From NCBI GenBank assembly GCA_003427395.1, contig BFEA01000016.1:3352892-3404170 (forward strand): 51,279 bases of DNA, in the 5' to 3' direction. The position numbers and the translations under genes are program-made. This document shows positions 12,321-23,988 of this stretch, in pieces (within the stretch, counting starts at the first letter, position 1; each line of letters opens with the position of its first letter). The DNA comes from Chara braunii. Its lineage: Eukaryota; Plantae; Charophyceae. The notes under the pieces were generated by a model. It was not told where the DNA came from. It worked only from the letters and a program-made list of their open reading frames with translations, and ran no database searches.

Positions 12321-13304
12321 AGGAGCAGCAGAGGGAGCCTGCGGTACAGATCGGCCATGAAGGGCACGGTGGAGAGGGCATCAATGCAATGTCTGTTGTC
12401 AGACGTCCAGCAAAGTGCGGTGGAGAGGGCAGCGAAAGCAAGAGTCTTGTCAGACGTGCACACGCGTTGGCACACCAGGGAATACAACGCTCGTGTAAAA
12501 ACCCCAGGCTCTTCCATCGACGGACTGAAGGCGCCGTTGGGAAAAATATTCAAATTTCATAACCATTGTGGACGTTCCTCGAGCGCAGGAGACCGCATGA
12601 CGCCATTCGAATATGACGACGCCACCCGACGGAGGTCGAGCGCCAACAGTAACCGTTGGAGCCCGTTGGGGGACTACACAAACGTTGGAGGGCGGGATGT
12701 TCGTGCTAACACCGTCGGACCACGCCACCAAAAAAGAAAACTTTTCGTCGACGCATGTTTTCGCCACTCTATGAATCGCGGTTCAGTTGGGGCCACAAGG
12801 ATGCCACAAGGAGAAATTTTCCTTGTGGTGTTTTCACTTTTTTTTTTTCCAATTCCATCCCCAAGGACAGATGGAATGAGCGCGTCCTTGTGGATTTCAC
12901 GTCTACGAGGAGTGTCTAACGACGCTTATACTCACGCTATAACTTTCTCGAACTCAGCTATAGACGCGATTAGGGTCAAAAGCTCATATGCATAAGATAA
13001 GGACATCAATGTTAGTATGCCCTTAGCCATCTTTGAAAGTCATTCTTGGGAGAGTTATAAACGCGTTTCAACTTCCTCAGTTCGTTGTCTTCACAATGTA
13101 CCATACCAATGTACAATCTCAAAGACTTTTTTGTTTAATTAATTATATCTTACCCTACATTACCGAAGTGGTTCATGACTATTTGTCGGACTAAGCCAAA
13201 AGTTGATTAAAAATATATATTTTTTCAATTATATTATGAATTTAATTAAAATCAAAATTGGGAAAAACAGTCTTAAGAGGTTTATTCTTTTGTATTATAC
13301 AAGT

Positions 13305-15930
13305 CGGATATTATGAAATCCCGAGGTACTTTTGAGGTAACCAAATCCCGAACACACGCCGGGATATAACTACCATGCTCCAAAAATAACTTAGTAAAAT
13401 TTTCAAGCCCCGAAGCGCGTTTTCGGTAATGAAACGCACCAAAAAAATAACTAAGTAAAATCCCGAAACCTTGACATACGTTTTTGGTAACTAAATCACA
13501 AACACATGTTGGGACATAATTATCGCACCCAAAAATGACAAAGTATAATCCCCAAATCATGAAGTGCGTTTTGATAACGAAATCTCAAATGCACGTCGGG
13601 ATATAACTACATAGCCTAAAAATTACTAAGGATAATCCTGAAATCCCCAAAGCACGTTGGGATATAACTACTTACAAAAAAAAAACTAAGTAAAATGTGA
13701 GTGGCGGATGACCTAGTGGTTAGGGCACCGTTTGAAAATACAGACTATGGTATGAGGTTGTGGAATTAAAACCCCGCTGCCCCGTGCATAGCCCACTGAC
13801 AAGGTGTTAGATTGACGCTCTACCACTTACACATTGAGCGTGCATGCGGTCAGGGGGCACAAATGTTAACGTTGCACAGACATGATGTGGGGTCCACCTT
13901 AGAGGGTGCCCATCAGATACTAGCCTACTAGCCCCTACACATTCTTGGGCCCTCTGGAACGATGGTGCGCACTTCCCTTTGGGGTTGTTGGAAGCCATAA
14001 CGGGAGATGACTTTGGGATGAGCAGGCTTAATGGGGATGAGTATAGGAGGAGTGAAGGGTTTGCCCCCTTCCTAGCAGGAGCAACCCTCATCCCCACAAC
14101 ACATGGTGAATGTTGTGCATTAGCCTCCTGGTCGGGTGCCGTAGGGATGTAGGACCCCGAGTTCAAAGGGAAATGCACCTTGTCGCAACGGTGTGGTAAC
14201 TCCGGTACAGGCTGATACTCCCAAAGTGTGGCGACGTTTCTCTCTCCCCCCCTCTCTGAGTGACCCGGCTTGAGTGATTTTTGAGTGAGTGGGTGGGTCC
14301 GCTGTGCCAACAGGTTGGCTGGACCCAGCGCATGAAGCCTCCTCCCGGACTTCCTCCCAGAGTCATATCCTCGATACCCCACAACCTTTTTTGAAAAAAA
14401 AAGAAAAAAGGAAAACCTTGAAATCTCGAAGTGCATTTTAGGTACTGAAATTTCAAACGCATGTTGGGATATAACTACGCAGCCAAAAAATAACTAAGAA
14501 AAATCTCGAACCCCTGACGTGTTTTCGATAATGAAATCTCGAACGTACCGCGGGATAAAACTAGCGCACCCAAAAAGTGAAGTGTGTTTTCGGTCGAACG
14601 CACATTGGAATGAAACTACACACCCAAAACACTACTAAGTAAGATTTCAAAATCACGAACATGCGTGGGGATATAACTACCCACCGAAAAAAATAACTAC
14701 GTAAAATCTCAAGATCTCGAAGCGCATTTTCGATAACGAAATGTCGATTGCACATCGAGATATAATTACCCACTAAAGAAATGAACAAGTAAAATCCCGA
14801 AATCCCAAAGTGTGTTTTCAGTAATGAAATCCCAAACACACGTCCGGGTGTAACTACCACACATAAAATTTCGTCAGTCGTCTAAATACAATTTTGAAAT
14901 CCTAAAGTGCGCTTTAGGTAAAGGCAACCTAACGCTTTAGGTCAAGACAACCTGAATGCACGTCGGGGTGTAACTACCCACAAAAAAAAAAACTAAGTAA
15001 ATCTCGAAACCACGAAGTGCGTTTTCGAAAATGAAATCCCGAACGCATGTTGGAATACAATTACCCACCAAAAGAATGACTAAGTAAAATCATGAAATCC
15101 CGAAATACGTTTTCAGTAACGAAATCACGAACTCATCTCATGATACAACTACCCACAAAAAAACATAACTAAGTAAAATCTCAAAATCCTAAAGAGCGGT
15201 TTCAGTTGCGAAATGCTGAAGCACATCAGGATATAACTACCCACCCAAAAAAATAACTAAGTAAAATTTGAAATCCCGAAGTGCATTTTTGGTAAAAAAA
15301 ATATTAAACGTACGTCGGGATAAAACTACCTACCCAAGAAATGAGTAAGTAAAGTCTTGAAATCCCAAAGTACATTTTCGGTAATGAAATCCCGGACACA
15401 CGCCAGGATATAACTACCACACCCCAAAAAGACTAAGAAGAATCTTGAAATCTCGAAGGGCGTTTTCAGTAATTGAATCTCGAACGCATGTAAGAATATA
15501 ACTACCGCGTCCAAAAAATGACTAAGTAAAATTTTAAAATCTCGAAGTGCGTTTTCGGTAATGAAATCTTAAATGCAAGTTGAAATATAACCACCGCATT
15601 GAAAAAATGACCAAGTAAAATCTTCAAATCTACAAGTGTGTTTTCATTAATGGATTTCGAAAGCGTGTTAGGATATATCTACCCCCCCAAAAAATGACTA
15701 AGTTAAATCCCAAAGTGTGTTTTCAGTAATGAAATCCCGAAAGCACGTCAATATATAACTACCACACAAAAAACAATAAGTAAAATCCCGAAATCCCGAA
15801 GTGCATTTTCGGTTATGAGATCCTGAACGCGTGTCCTGATATAACTACCCACCCAAAAAACAATAAAGTAAAATCGTAAAATCTTGAAGTGTGTTTAAGG
15901 TAATGAAATCACAAATATAAAATCTTGAAA
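13305..15930. repeat. Diverged ~88-89-bp satellite array
   Basis: Unit approx GGGATATAACTACCACCCAAAAAATAACTAAGTAAAATCCCGAAATCCCGAAGTGCGTTTTCGGTAATGAAATCCCGAACGCACGTC; ATAACTAC-like motif near 15230, 15319, 15407, 15496, 15585, 15672. Confidence 0.9.
13697..14410 (+). mobile_element. tRNA-derived SINE (~0.7 kb) inserted in the satellite
   Basis: A-box TGACCTAGTGG 13709-13719; degenerate B-box ~13762-13775; T6 at 14387-14392 then A-rich tail; satellite resumes in phase with decayed TSD AAGTAAAAT/AAGGAAAAC. Confidence 0.65.
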
Positions 15931-15948
15931 TTATGGTGTTATTTTAGG

Positions 15949-16243
15949 CTAGGCTATCAGTTGCGTTGTCCGGGTCACCCTATTTTCTTGAGTGGGCCGG
16001 CAGCGCAAGAACCAGGGTACGTTTTAGCCAAAAAAAAAAAAAAAAAAGTTAAAAAACTTTGTTATGCACAAAAATAAACTTAAAAATTTTTGCCCGACGT
16101 CATATCGAAAATCTTTAGCAAATTTAAAATAAAAAATACAATTATAATTTGCATATATATATATATGACGATATATATATATATATATATTTTTTAAATG
16201 GGTTTGGTCTGGCAACTGATACCGGGCCACTTCGATAGCTTAG
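15949..16243. mobile_element. hAT-type MITE (second family)
   Basis: 8-bp TSD ATTTTAGG (15941-15948, 16244-16251); TIR CTAGGCTATC / GATAGCTTAG. Confidence 0.85.
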
Positions 16244-16271
16244 ATTTTAGGATAGTCGGGAGTACCAAAAC

Positions 16272-18152
16272 TTTTTTTTTTTTTTTTTTTTTGGTTTAAA
16301 CAGATCCTTATGGTCCGAGCTCCATATCCATTTTGGGGGACGTTAGTCCGGTTCCTTTCCACTGGCAAGTCAAGAATTGGAATACGTGGTGAACACCTTC
16401 ACACTTCCTTCCGCCTGCCGAAGAAACCCTGACCGGCATTGTTTGTTTTTGTTCAGGAGGATTGACTTTCAGCTTGCCCTACCGCTTTTCCTCTCAGAAT
16501 CCATTGTGGTTCTGCGAATATATTGTGTGAAACAAGAAAAATGAGAGTTGTCTGTCTTGTCGATACTAGTCTCAATTTGCCATTCACAGGGTTGTATTCC
16601 TTGTAGTCTTTGCATTGTCCATTTCTTCCATATAAGTTTGTTGTCTCGCGTTGTTGCAATCTTCTTCTGCAGTAGCCAGTCACTCAAGAAAATACGCCGC
16701 TTGCTAGCGAACCTTTCTGGTCTGACTTTCGTGGCTAATGTCACCTCCCTTCATCTACATTGAATCTTAGTCTCCGCCATACTCAGCAGTAGGTCTACAT
16801 TTCTCCCCTCGCCATCTCTGTTCCCTTGATTGTCTTGGCGCATCTCCTGTTCTAGATGGTCAAAAAAGTGAGCTTCCTTAGCAGGTGGAACCAGACCTCG
16901 TTGTCGTCTCTGAGATTGTTAGGCGTGTTAGATAGGAGTAGGATGCTCTGGGGGTGGTGGCGGGGGGTGGTGATGGGAAAAGAAGTGACCATAGGTCTCG
17001 GACCTTGTTCCATATCCAGGCTGTTTCAGTGCAGTACAGGAGGCAGTGAGGTATGTCTTCTGATCTGTTATCTTTGCACGTAACACATAGTTCCGAGTTG
17101 TTGGGGTCCGTGTGTTTCCTCGTCTTGTGGAGCCACAGGTTGACAGGCAGAGATGCGTGGGCTACGAACCACTACATGCTTCGGATCCTGGCTGGTCGGA
17201 TGGGCAAATACTTCATCCAGGGGATGGAGATGGGGTCCGTTGGCTCTAGTTTCAAAGTCTCTCTCCATGTTTTTTTGGGTTTGGGGTCCGGGTTTGTGGT
17301 CTGTAGGCCTATGTCATATCCGAATTTTACGTCGTATTCGGATATCATTCTCGTTACCCCGGATTTACCCTGCTTTCAGATCCACTCTTTCGGTTCAAAT
17401 TCGAGGTCTGAAATGTTGAGGTCCGGTTGAAAGATTATTCAGGGTTTGGCCTTTGGGACCCTCACTTTCATGAGTAGGAAAGATTCTAACATCTCGCATT
17501 GCGATTCCTTGCTTAAGATTTCCATCTCTATTCTGATTAGGTTTGGGAAATGAGTATACCCCAGTCCCCATATTTCTTTGAGAAGTCCTCTCTTAATAGA
17601 GAGCCTCTGTGTTGGACTGCTCTGCTGAATCTGAGTTATTTTTTCTATGAGGGAGTGACAGCCTTTTAGTTTGTTTCAGAGCTCCTGTTGGGTCAATCAT
17701 TGTCCCTGAGCTTCTGTCAATGGGTGTTTCACCTATCACACCCTTTCTTCCACCCAGGATAGCCATCTTTGATCTTTTGTGCTTAATGTCCAGAGAGAGC
17801 CGCCCGGGTCTACAATCTAGGGCTTACAGGAAAGGGTTTGTCTCGCGACCTCTTCCCTGTTTCCTGGTGAACCGTGTTTGCTCGGCATCATTCTTCACCA
17901 GGCTTTGAGGGTGGGAATTCAGTTTGGATTAGACGTTGGGGTGGAAGGTGTCACAGGCTCAGTTGGGGTTTTTCTGCGTGGTCTGCCTGATTTGATTGTC
18001 CAGTCTCTTGCCATTATCTAGAAAAGACCTCTCATATTCGGGGAAGGAGTTGATCGGTGCTAGATTTCTGATGTGGTCTGAGGCCATTTTGGTCCGTAGT
18101 AGGAATTGTTTGATCAGGATCTTGATAATGCATTTTATCTATAGTGCTATGG
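16272..18152 (-). mobile_element. L1-clade LINE 3' part (decayed ORF2 C-terminus, CCHC zinc knuckle, poly(A) tail)
   Basis: Minus translation around 17000-17100 gives ELCVTCKDNRSEDIPHCLLYCTETAWIW (Cx2Cx8Hx4C); T21 at 16272-16292; frame continues across the PLE1 insertion. Confidence 0.85.
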
Positions 18153-18377
18153 GTGAGTAAAGCACACAACACAGAGATAAAGTCCGTGAAAGTGACAAAA
18201 CTTTATGAGGTAAGAAGCAAAAACCCAAGAGGTCGCAACAACGACAACTTGAGAACTCCCTTCTCCTCCCNCCAGTCTTCTCCCTCTTTANACACCGCCC
18301 CGAACCTGGGAAAGTCCCAGGAGTCATGTCAACCAAAGAGGACTAAACACTAGTCTAAAGCTTCTATATATAGTAAG

Positions 18378-20127
18378 CTAGAAAAAATCATCACACAACA
18401 AACTGGCCGTCAGTTTCCAAACGTGGTCCCAATTCCTCGCGAAGTTGCTCAATGCCTTCGAGAAGAACCGGTTGCAGAAGTCCTTTGCTCGGTACTCCCT
18501 TCTGAACGTCAAAGCCTGGCCTGGAATTCGATCACGAATCGTAGTATTCCAGTCAATACGGTAAAGCCAGCCCATAATAGGGGCCAACTTCTGCTCTCTG
18601 CAGGACCAGAACCCAAAATCCTTCATCAGTCCTTTTCAGGTTCAAGGCACTTGGGTAGCAGCTTTCAAAAGCGTTACGAATCTTGTTTGCCCTGACCATG
18701 GTACGTCCATCCCGTTTTCGGTAATCCAAAACGATGGATACTTCATCCATGAGTCGCACACCATATACCTGTCTCCGGTCATGTCCCAAGGAGACCAGAA
18801 ACCGCCACTCAGCATGCGCACACATAATGCATGCGAGTGATGGAATGGTGCTCTTTCCCATTGGGATTCCAAGGACCTGTCGTAACATCACATTCGTTGT
18901 TGAGGTATAGGTGTGGGTCAATTCAAAATCCACAAAATTGCGTATTTCCGTCAAAGTGACTTCCCACCAACCTGCATACTACATTTTTCCAAAAGAAGCG
19001 CCCTTCCCTCTTGGATTCACCCGAATTACCTCCTTATCACAAAAACACCCCAAAATCCAATCCAAAGCAAAGCGAATCTTGTGGTGTGGTAGCCTACTAA
19101 ACATATCCTTTATGTCATAGGAGGCTGCCATTACCTTCGCATCACGGTAAGATCGTTTCATACATGAGTTAGTTTTCCTCAATCTTTCGGCAAGGCTCCC
19201 TACACTATTTAAATTGAAATGCGATCCATCAGGTAAGGAATTCAGAAGCAAATTCAGGGGTTTCGCCACTTTCCTACAAACATGGTTCGTTGGTTCCTCA
19301 TAGGTCGGGCATATGGGCCTAAACCGAGACAGATCTTTCTGCTTGGGCAGAACATATGCACGACCTACTTTTCCATTTGCCTTTCACTTTCCCATATTCT
19401 CCAAACCCCTTCTCTTGTAATCTGCTCGTACCTCATTCCAAATCCGTGTCTCCTTCGTAGTAGCTACATATCTAAAGTTCTCAGCAAAAAGCTCATTCAT
19501 AGCATCATAGTACAAACAAGGGCACATCACAACAATCTCTCCCGGATTACGGTCCACGAGCGTGAACACCGACGTCTGAAAACGAGTTCACAGCTCTAGG
19601 ACATCCTCCAATGGAATGTCACCAGCCTGCCTGGAAGTCGCATTGAAGCAACTCTCCCCATCTTCCTTGTTAACTGATACCAGGAATTTCGGCCCTGGTC
19701 TCCAGTTCGAGAAACTGTCCATGATCTCCTTCGTCAACTGCAACACTCGGTGAGACTGTCGGGCTCGGGGTATGTTATTCGAGTTCTACATGGCACTTGG
19801 AATCCCAACAATATCACCCAAACGACATATGACATGACCTTCAACTCGAGGTAAGTCGTAACCCATGCAAGTGTAGGCCTGCACATCCTTGATAGCGGCC
19901 TTACGATGATTACATACGATATCAGCGATGGATCGGTTCTTCACCCACACCGCCCTGACCTGTTTCTTATAGATGTCGCTTCCAAAACTCGAAAAATCCA
20001 AGTTATCGATCTTATTGTCACACACCCTCCTTACTCCAACGAAGCTCACACGATCATCAAATTTCACACGTACAACCAACTGAGAAAACAAACTCAAACA
20101 GTACCCTTTCTTAATAGCCGCATACAA
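18378..20127 (-). pseudogene. PLE1 CxC linker and reverse transcriptase (disrupted)
   Basis: YTC...EGHVIC (decayed CxC/H linker), TLVDRNPG, ASYDIKDMFSRLPH, RQVLGIPMG, RLMDE (RLMDD in the upstream repeat), DFLG in the upstream repeat. Confidence 0.85.
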
Positions 20128-20670
20128 AATTCTCTTCAGGAACTATATAGTAGTTTTCTTACTAAACTCCTTGGCCAACCCTACTAATTCTAACAATAAA
20201 CATAAATCCCTCTGGAATAGCATGTGCCGTTTCTGAGGGAGTCGGAGAATCGTTGTCAGAAAGGAGTGTAGACATTTAGAGTGTTTTTTCCGCTTTTTCG
20301 GATGTAGGAACTGAATTCTCTTTCCCTTCTCAATCCAACTCTTACATTCCTTAAAGCGACAAATCATCCCTTCAACTTTCACATCCGAGTTTCCAAACAG
20401 CCTATGTATTATTTTCCATTTATCACACCACACTGTTCCACCCTATGAAAACAAATTAAATCTACGACTACCTTTCTTCTTCGCATCACACAACACTTGC
20501 AAGACTTTCACTGAACCGGCTATCGAGTCTTCGTGTCTAACCCTCACTACTTCCGTACTTCCATGTGGTAGTACTATCCTGCGTTGTCCTTTCTTTTGCT
20601 CTTTTTTTCCCTTCCTTCCCTTTCTCCTCTGCTTTTTTTTTGTCTTTTTTTTCCCTGGATGTCCCTGTTA

Positions 20671-20922
20671 ATTCAGACCAGGAGACCAAGTACATATGTA
20701 TAAGGCCTCCAGGCTGATAAGTGTGTCCGCATGGTCTTGTCGGATGGGCATCAATATATAACCCTGAACTCCAAAATTTCCCAGCTACCGATGAAAGTGG
20801 GTTGAAGAACTATCAACCTCTATCGACTTCTTCCTGTGTTTCGACCAACGAAGATTAAGTGCCCTTTCTGTTTTTCCAATATAAGTAGCTTTGCACCAAG
20901 GAGAGATACCTCCGTAGACAAC
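20671..20922 (-). pseudogene. GIY-YIG endonuclease of PLE1 (not in the ORF track)
   Basis: Manual translation VVYGGISPWCKATYIGKTERALNLRWSKH...HR*LGNFGVQGYILMPI...LEALYICTWSPGLN has the VVY/YIG boxes and conserved R, E and N. Confidence 0.85.
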
Positions 20923-21361
20923 AATTAGGATCATCGAAAACATTGGTGCCATTAATTATCAAATTGTGCCAATCATTCATAAATTTCGACAGCCAGCGAA
21001 GGGCTACCACCGCCCATCTAAACAGTGCCTCTACCTTTTTATCGATCGGTGTGTTACCTCGTGGAAGGTTCGACAAAATCCTGCAACATTCCCAGAGCTC
21101 AGCGGTAGTACAGCCACATCGTTCCTGCTTCTCTTTCTCGGAGTCTTTCAACTCATCCGACTCACTCGACTCTTCGGTCTTAGAGTCGCTATCCTCAAAG
21201 CTAAGCGGTGGGTCTGCTGACTTAGCCTTACCCATTGCTGCATAACTGGGTCGTTGCGCCACGCCCAGTCCATGTTCGTAAGCAACCTGAGCTCTATGCT
21301 CTGCCAAAGCTGCTACGGCCTGCCCTTTCCTCACGTATATCACCCCCTCGCTTTTACATAA

Positions 21362-22186
21362 TCACTGTACTTCACGGTAATCCAAAGCTTCGAGGTACTT
21401 CTCAGTGTCCTGGATGAACTGCTCTCGTGCTCCTGGTCCCAATCCTGCCGATGCCCCTTTCAACGAAGGATCGTTCTTCTCTTGTAAGGCCCTCATGGTA
21501 ATAGGCTTCAACGAAGTCTTCATCTTCTTACTTGAAGTAGGTGGCCTTCCCCTCCTCACTCGACTTTGCATCAATGGAGTTGTGGTCGGACTGGACTCAG
21601 ATTCTTCCTTCTCCGTAGTGATGACTCTCTTCCGCTTATCGAACAGTGCTAAGTTTTCCGTTCGTTGGCTGATATCCAAGATCGCATCGTCTGATTCGGA
21701 TACCGAACTCCCTCGGTAGTCGCGACGCTTCCACGCTGCTCTTTGTTCCCGTCGACGTCTGCTTCGAATTTTTCCTACCTCAGGTGAGTATTTACCTCCC
21801 ATATACTCATGTCTCTTACCGTATCTTTTTGAGAACTGGATATTCAAGATTTTCGCCAGTCTCTGGTCGTTCTCCTCCTGTTCCTGTTTTCGCTTTTGTT
21901 CCTTCCTCAATCTTTTTCCTTCTTTCGCGATTCTCTCCTCTTCCAACCTCAGTCTATCCTCCTTCTCCTGCTTCTTCTTCGCCTTCGCTTCTTCCTTTGC
22001 CACCAGGAGTGTCACAAGATCCTTCACGCTATATGATCCTCTGCTACCTCGTCCTTGTTCGTACGAAGAAGATCCACGTATCTGCTCCCATCTTCGGTTC
22101 GGCGGGGAGACTGTTCGGCTTTGCGGTTGCTTGGATCCATCCCCCTGTTTAACTTTCAGGGCTTCATACCGATCCTTCCAACGCAT
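21362..22186 (-). CDS. PLE1 N-terminal charged/coiled-coil ORF (274 aa), unknown function
   Basis: K/E/R-rich open frame inside the TSD-bounded element, upstream of GIY-YIG. Confidence 0.5.
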   Translation of the reverse strand: MRWKDRYEALKVKQGDGSKQPQSRTVSPPNRRWEQIRGSSSYEQGRGSRGSYSVKDLVTLLVAKEEAKAKKKQEKEDRLRLEEERIAKEGKRLRKEQKRKQEQEENDQRLAKILNIQFSKRYGKRHEYMGGKYSPEVGKIRSRRRREQRAAWKRRDYRGSSVSESDDAILDISQRTENLALFDKRKRVITTEKEESESSPTTTPLMQSRVRRGRPPTSSKKMKTSLKPITMRALQEKNDPSLKGASAGLGPGAREQFIQDTEKYLEALDYREVQ

Positions 22187-23187
22187 CCAATAGTCGCGTG
22201 CGTAATGTCCAAGTTGCTTGCAACTGTAACAAGTAGGCGGGCCCTTTCACGGTGGCTCCCTACTTCCACCTTCGTTCCCTCCTTGTTGGCTGGATGACGC
22301 CATCACGTACCAAAAAACATACGCCTCGTCCCGTCGTCGACGACAAACGAAAAATCGTAATATCTTCGGCAACTTCCAAATACTTGACCACCATATGAAG
22401 TGTCGTCCCTCTGCAGGTTACCAAGGGATTCAACATAGGTGAGTAAAGCACACAACACAGAGATAAAGTCGGTGAAAGTGACAAAACTTTATGAGGTAAG
22501 AAGCAAAAATCCAAGAGGCCGCAACGATGACAACTCGAGAACCCCCTTCTCCTCCCGCCAGTCTTCTCCCTCTTCATGCACCGCCCCGAACCTGGGAAAG
22601 CCCCAGGAGTCATGTCAACCAAAGAGGACTAAACACTAGTCTAAAACTTCTATATGTAGTAAGCTAGAAAAAATCATCACACAACAAACTGGCCGTCAGT
22701 TTCAAAACGTGGTCCCAATTCCTCGCGAAGTTGCTCAATGCCTTCGAGAAGAACCGGTTGTAGAAGTCCTTTGCTCGGTACTCCCTTTTGAGCGTCAGAA
22801 CCTGGCCCGGAATTCGATCACGAATCGTAGTATTCCGGTCAATACGGTAAAGCCAGCCCGTAATAGAGGCCAACTTTTGCTTCCTGCAGGACGAGGACCC
22901 AAAATCCTGGCCGGTTCGAAAAACCAGGCTGGAAGAGGCCCAGATCGTCGATTCATTCGTAGTATTTTGAAAACAGTCTAGGTATTGGAAGGTTGACTTC
23001 GCTTCCACTCCGCACCCCAAAAAATCGCAGGTTCCTGAGCCTTCATCAGTCCTCTTCAGGCTCAAGGCATTTGGGTAGAAGCTTTCAAAAGCCCTACGAA
23101 TCTTGTTTGCCCTGACCATGGTACGTCCATCCTTTTTCCGATAAACCAAAAAGATGGATACGTCGTCCATGAGTCGCACACCTATGC

Positions 23188-23698
23188 AGTGCTATGGACT
23201 TTGTTTGGGGTCTATTAGACGCAGACCACCCTCCTGCAGTTTTCTGATGATGTGATTTGAGGCTGCCCTGTTGATGCTCGTGGTTTTGTTTGGGACTTTG
23301 ATCCACATACACAAGCGGTTAACAGAGACGCCCACGTTTCAGCCCTGGTTAACCCCCTCTTGCTCTGTTTTTTTAAGTTTTGAGGTCGTCATCAAGGGGG
23401 GGGAGCAGATGGATGCCATATACCACAGAGTGGAGAAGATTGTTGTATTTATAAATAGTGCTATTCTTATTAGAGAGGCTTGAGCATTTTTGCACAGGGT
23501 GAAACAAGTAATTGCCCTAGCGAATAAGTTTGAGCCTATTCCTGGCCACACACCATTTTTGTTTTCCATGATGCCAAGAAATTGTAGTGCTTGATGACCA
23601 GAAGACCAAGACATGGGTGTGGATGTGTCTGCAAGTTGGGGTGGAGTGCCGTCTGCTAGCCACCATCCTTCGGTTTTACCCCAGTTAACCTTTATTTC
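23188..23698 (-). pseudogene. L1-clade LINE RT C-terminal region, upstream of the PLE1 insertion
   Basis: IKVNWGKT, LQFLGI, RIALFINTTIFSTLWYMAS and GGWS...SIAL match L1 motifs; joins 18142 across the TSD. Confidence 0.8.
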
Positions 23699-23834
23699 TT
23701 ATGCCACCATTTTCACCCAGAAATAATGCTCGGGCGTTTTCAAGAAATTTTGTAAATAAAATATGTTGTCCAGAATTGCAATGTGACTATCTTTCGGTTG
23801 AGGGTCACTACATAATTCCTTATAAACTCAGAAA

Positions 23835-23910
23835 CCGTGTAGCACACCGAACATGTTCGGTGCCCCACCGAGCATCTGAACATGCGGGAAACGAACATGT
23901 TCGGTCGAGC
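23835..23910 (+). mobile_element. Left-end fragment of the hAT MITE family seen at 6342
   Basis: CCGTGTAGCACACCGAACATGTTCGG matches 6342-6367; no right end found. Confidence 0.65.
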
Positions 23911-23988
23911 ACAAAGTAGAGGGTATAGGGGTCATTTCGGCCATTCCGGTCACCGAGGGGGCATTGTGGGCGGCCACATGGATGTGTG

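Larger units (their letters stand above)
18153..23187 (-). mobile_element. PLE1: Penelope-like element with N-terminal endonuclease (Chlamys/Naiad type), partial-tandem pseudo-LTR structure
   Basis: TSD AGTGCTATGG at 18143-18152 and 23188-23197; direct repeat 18153-~18765 vs 22439-~23182; GIY-YIG upstream of RT. Confidence 0.9.

Noticed and set aside
12204-12995. 263-aa ORF as a host gene
   Set aside because: No recognisable domain; GC-rich frame overlapping a transposase-like remnant.
13703-13785. Functional tRNA gene
   Set aside because: B-box degenerate, no clean cloverleaf; better explained as a SINE head.
13305-15930. CRISPR-like periodicity (also 28025-29530 and 49230-51279)
   Set aside because: Whole units are homologous, there are no unique spacers or cas genes, and the context is eukaryotic.
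18378-20922. Selenocysteine recoding of PLE in-frame stops (as in some Naiads)
   Set aside because: Stops examined are TAG/TAA with frameshifts, and no SECIS was recognised; ordinary decay.
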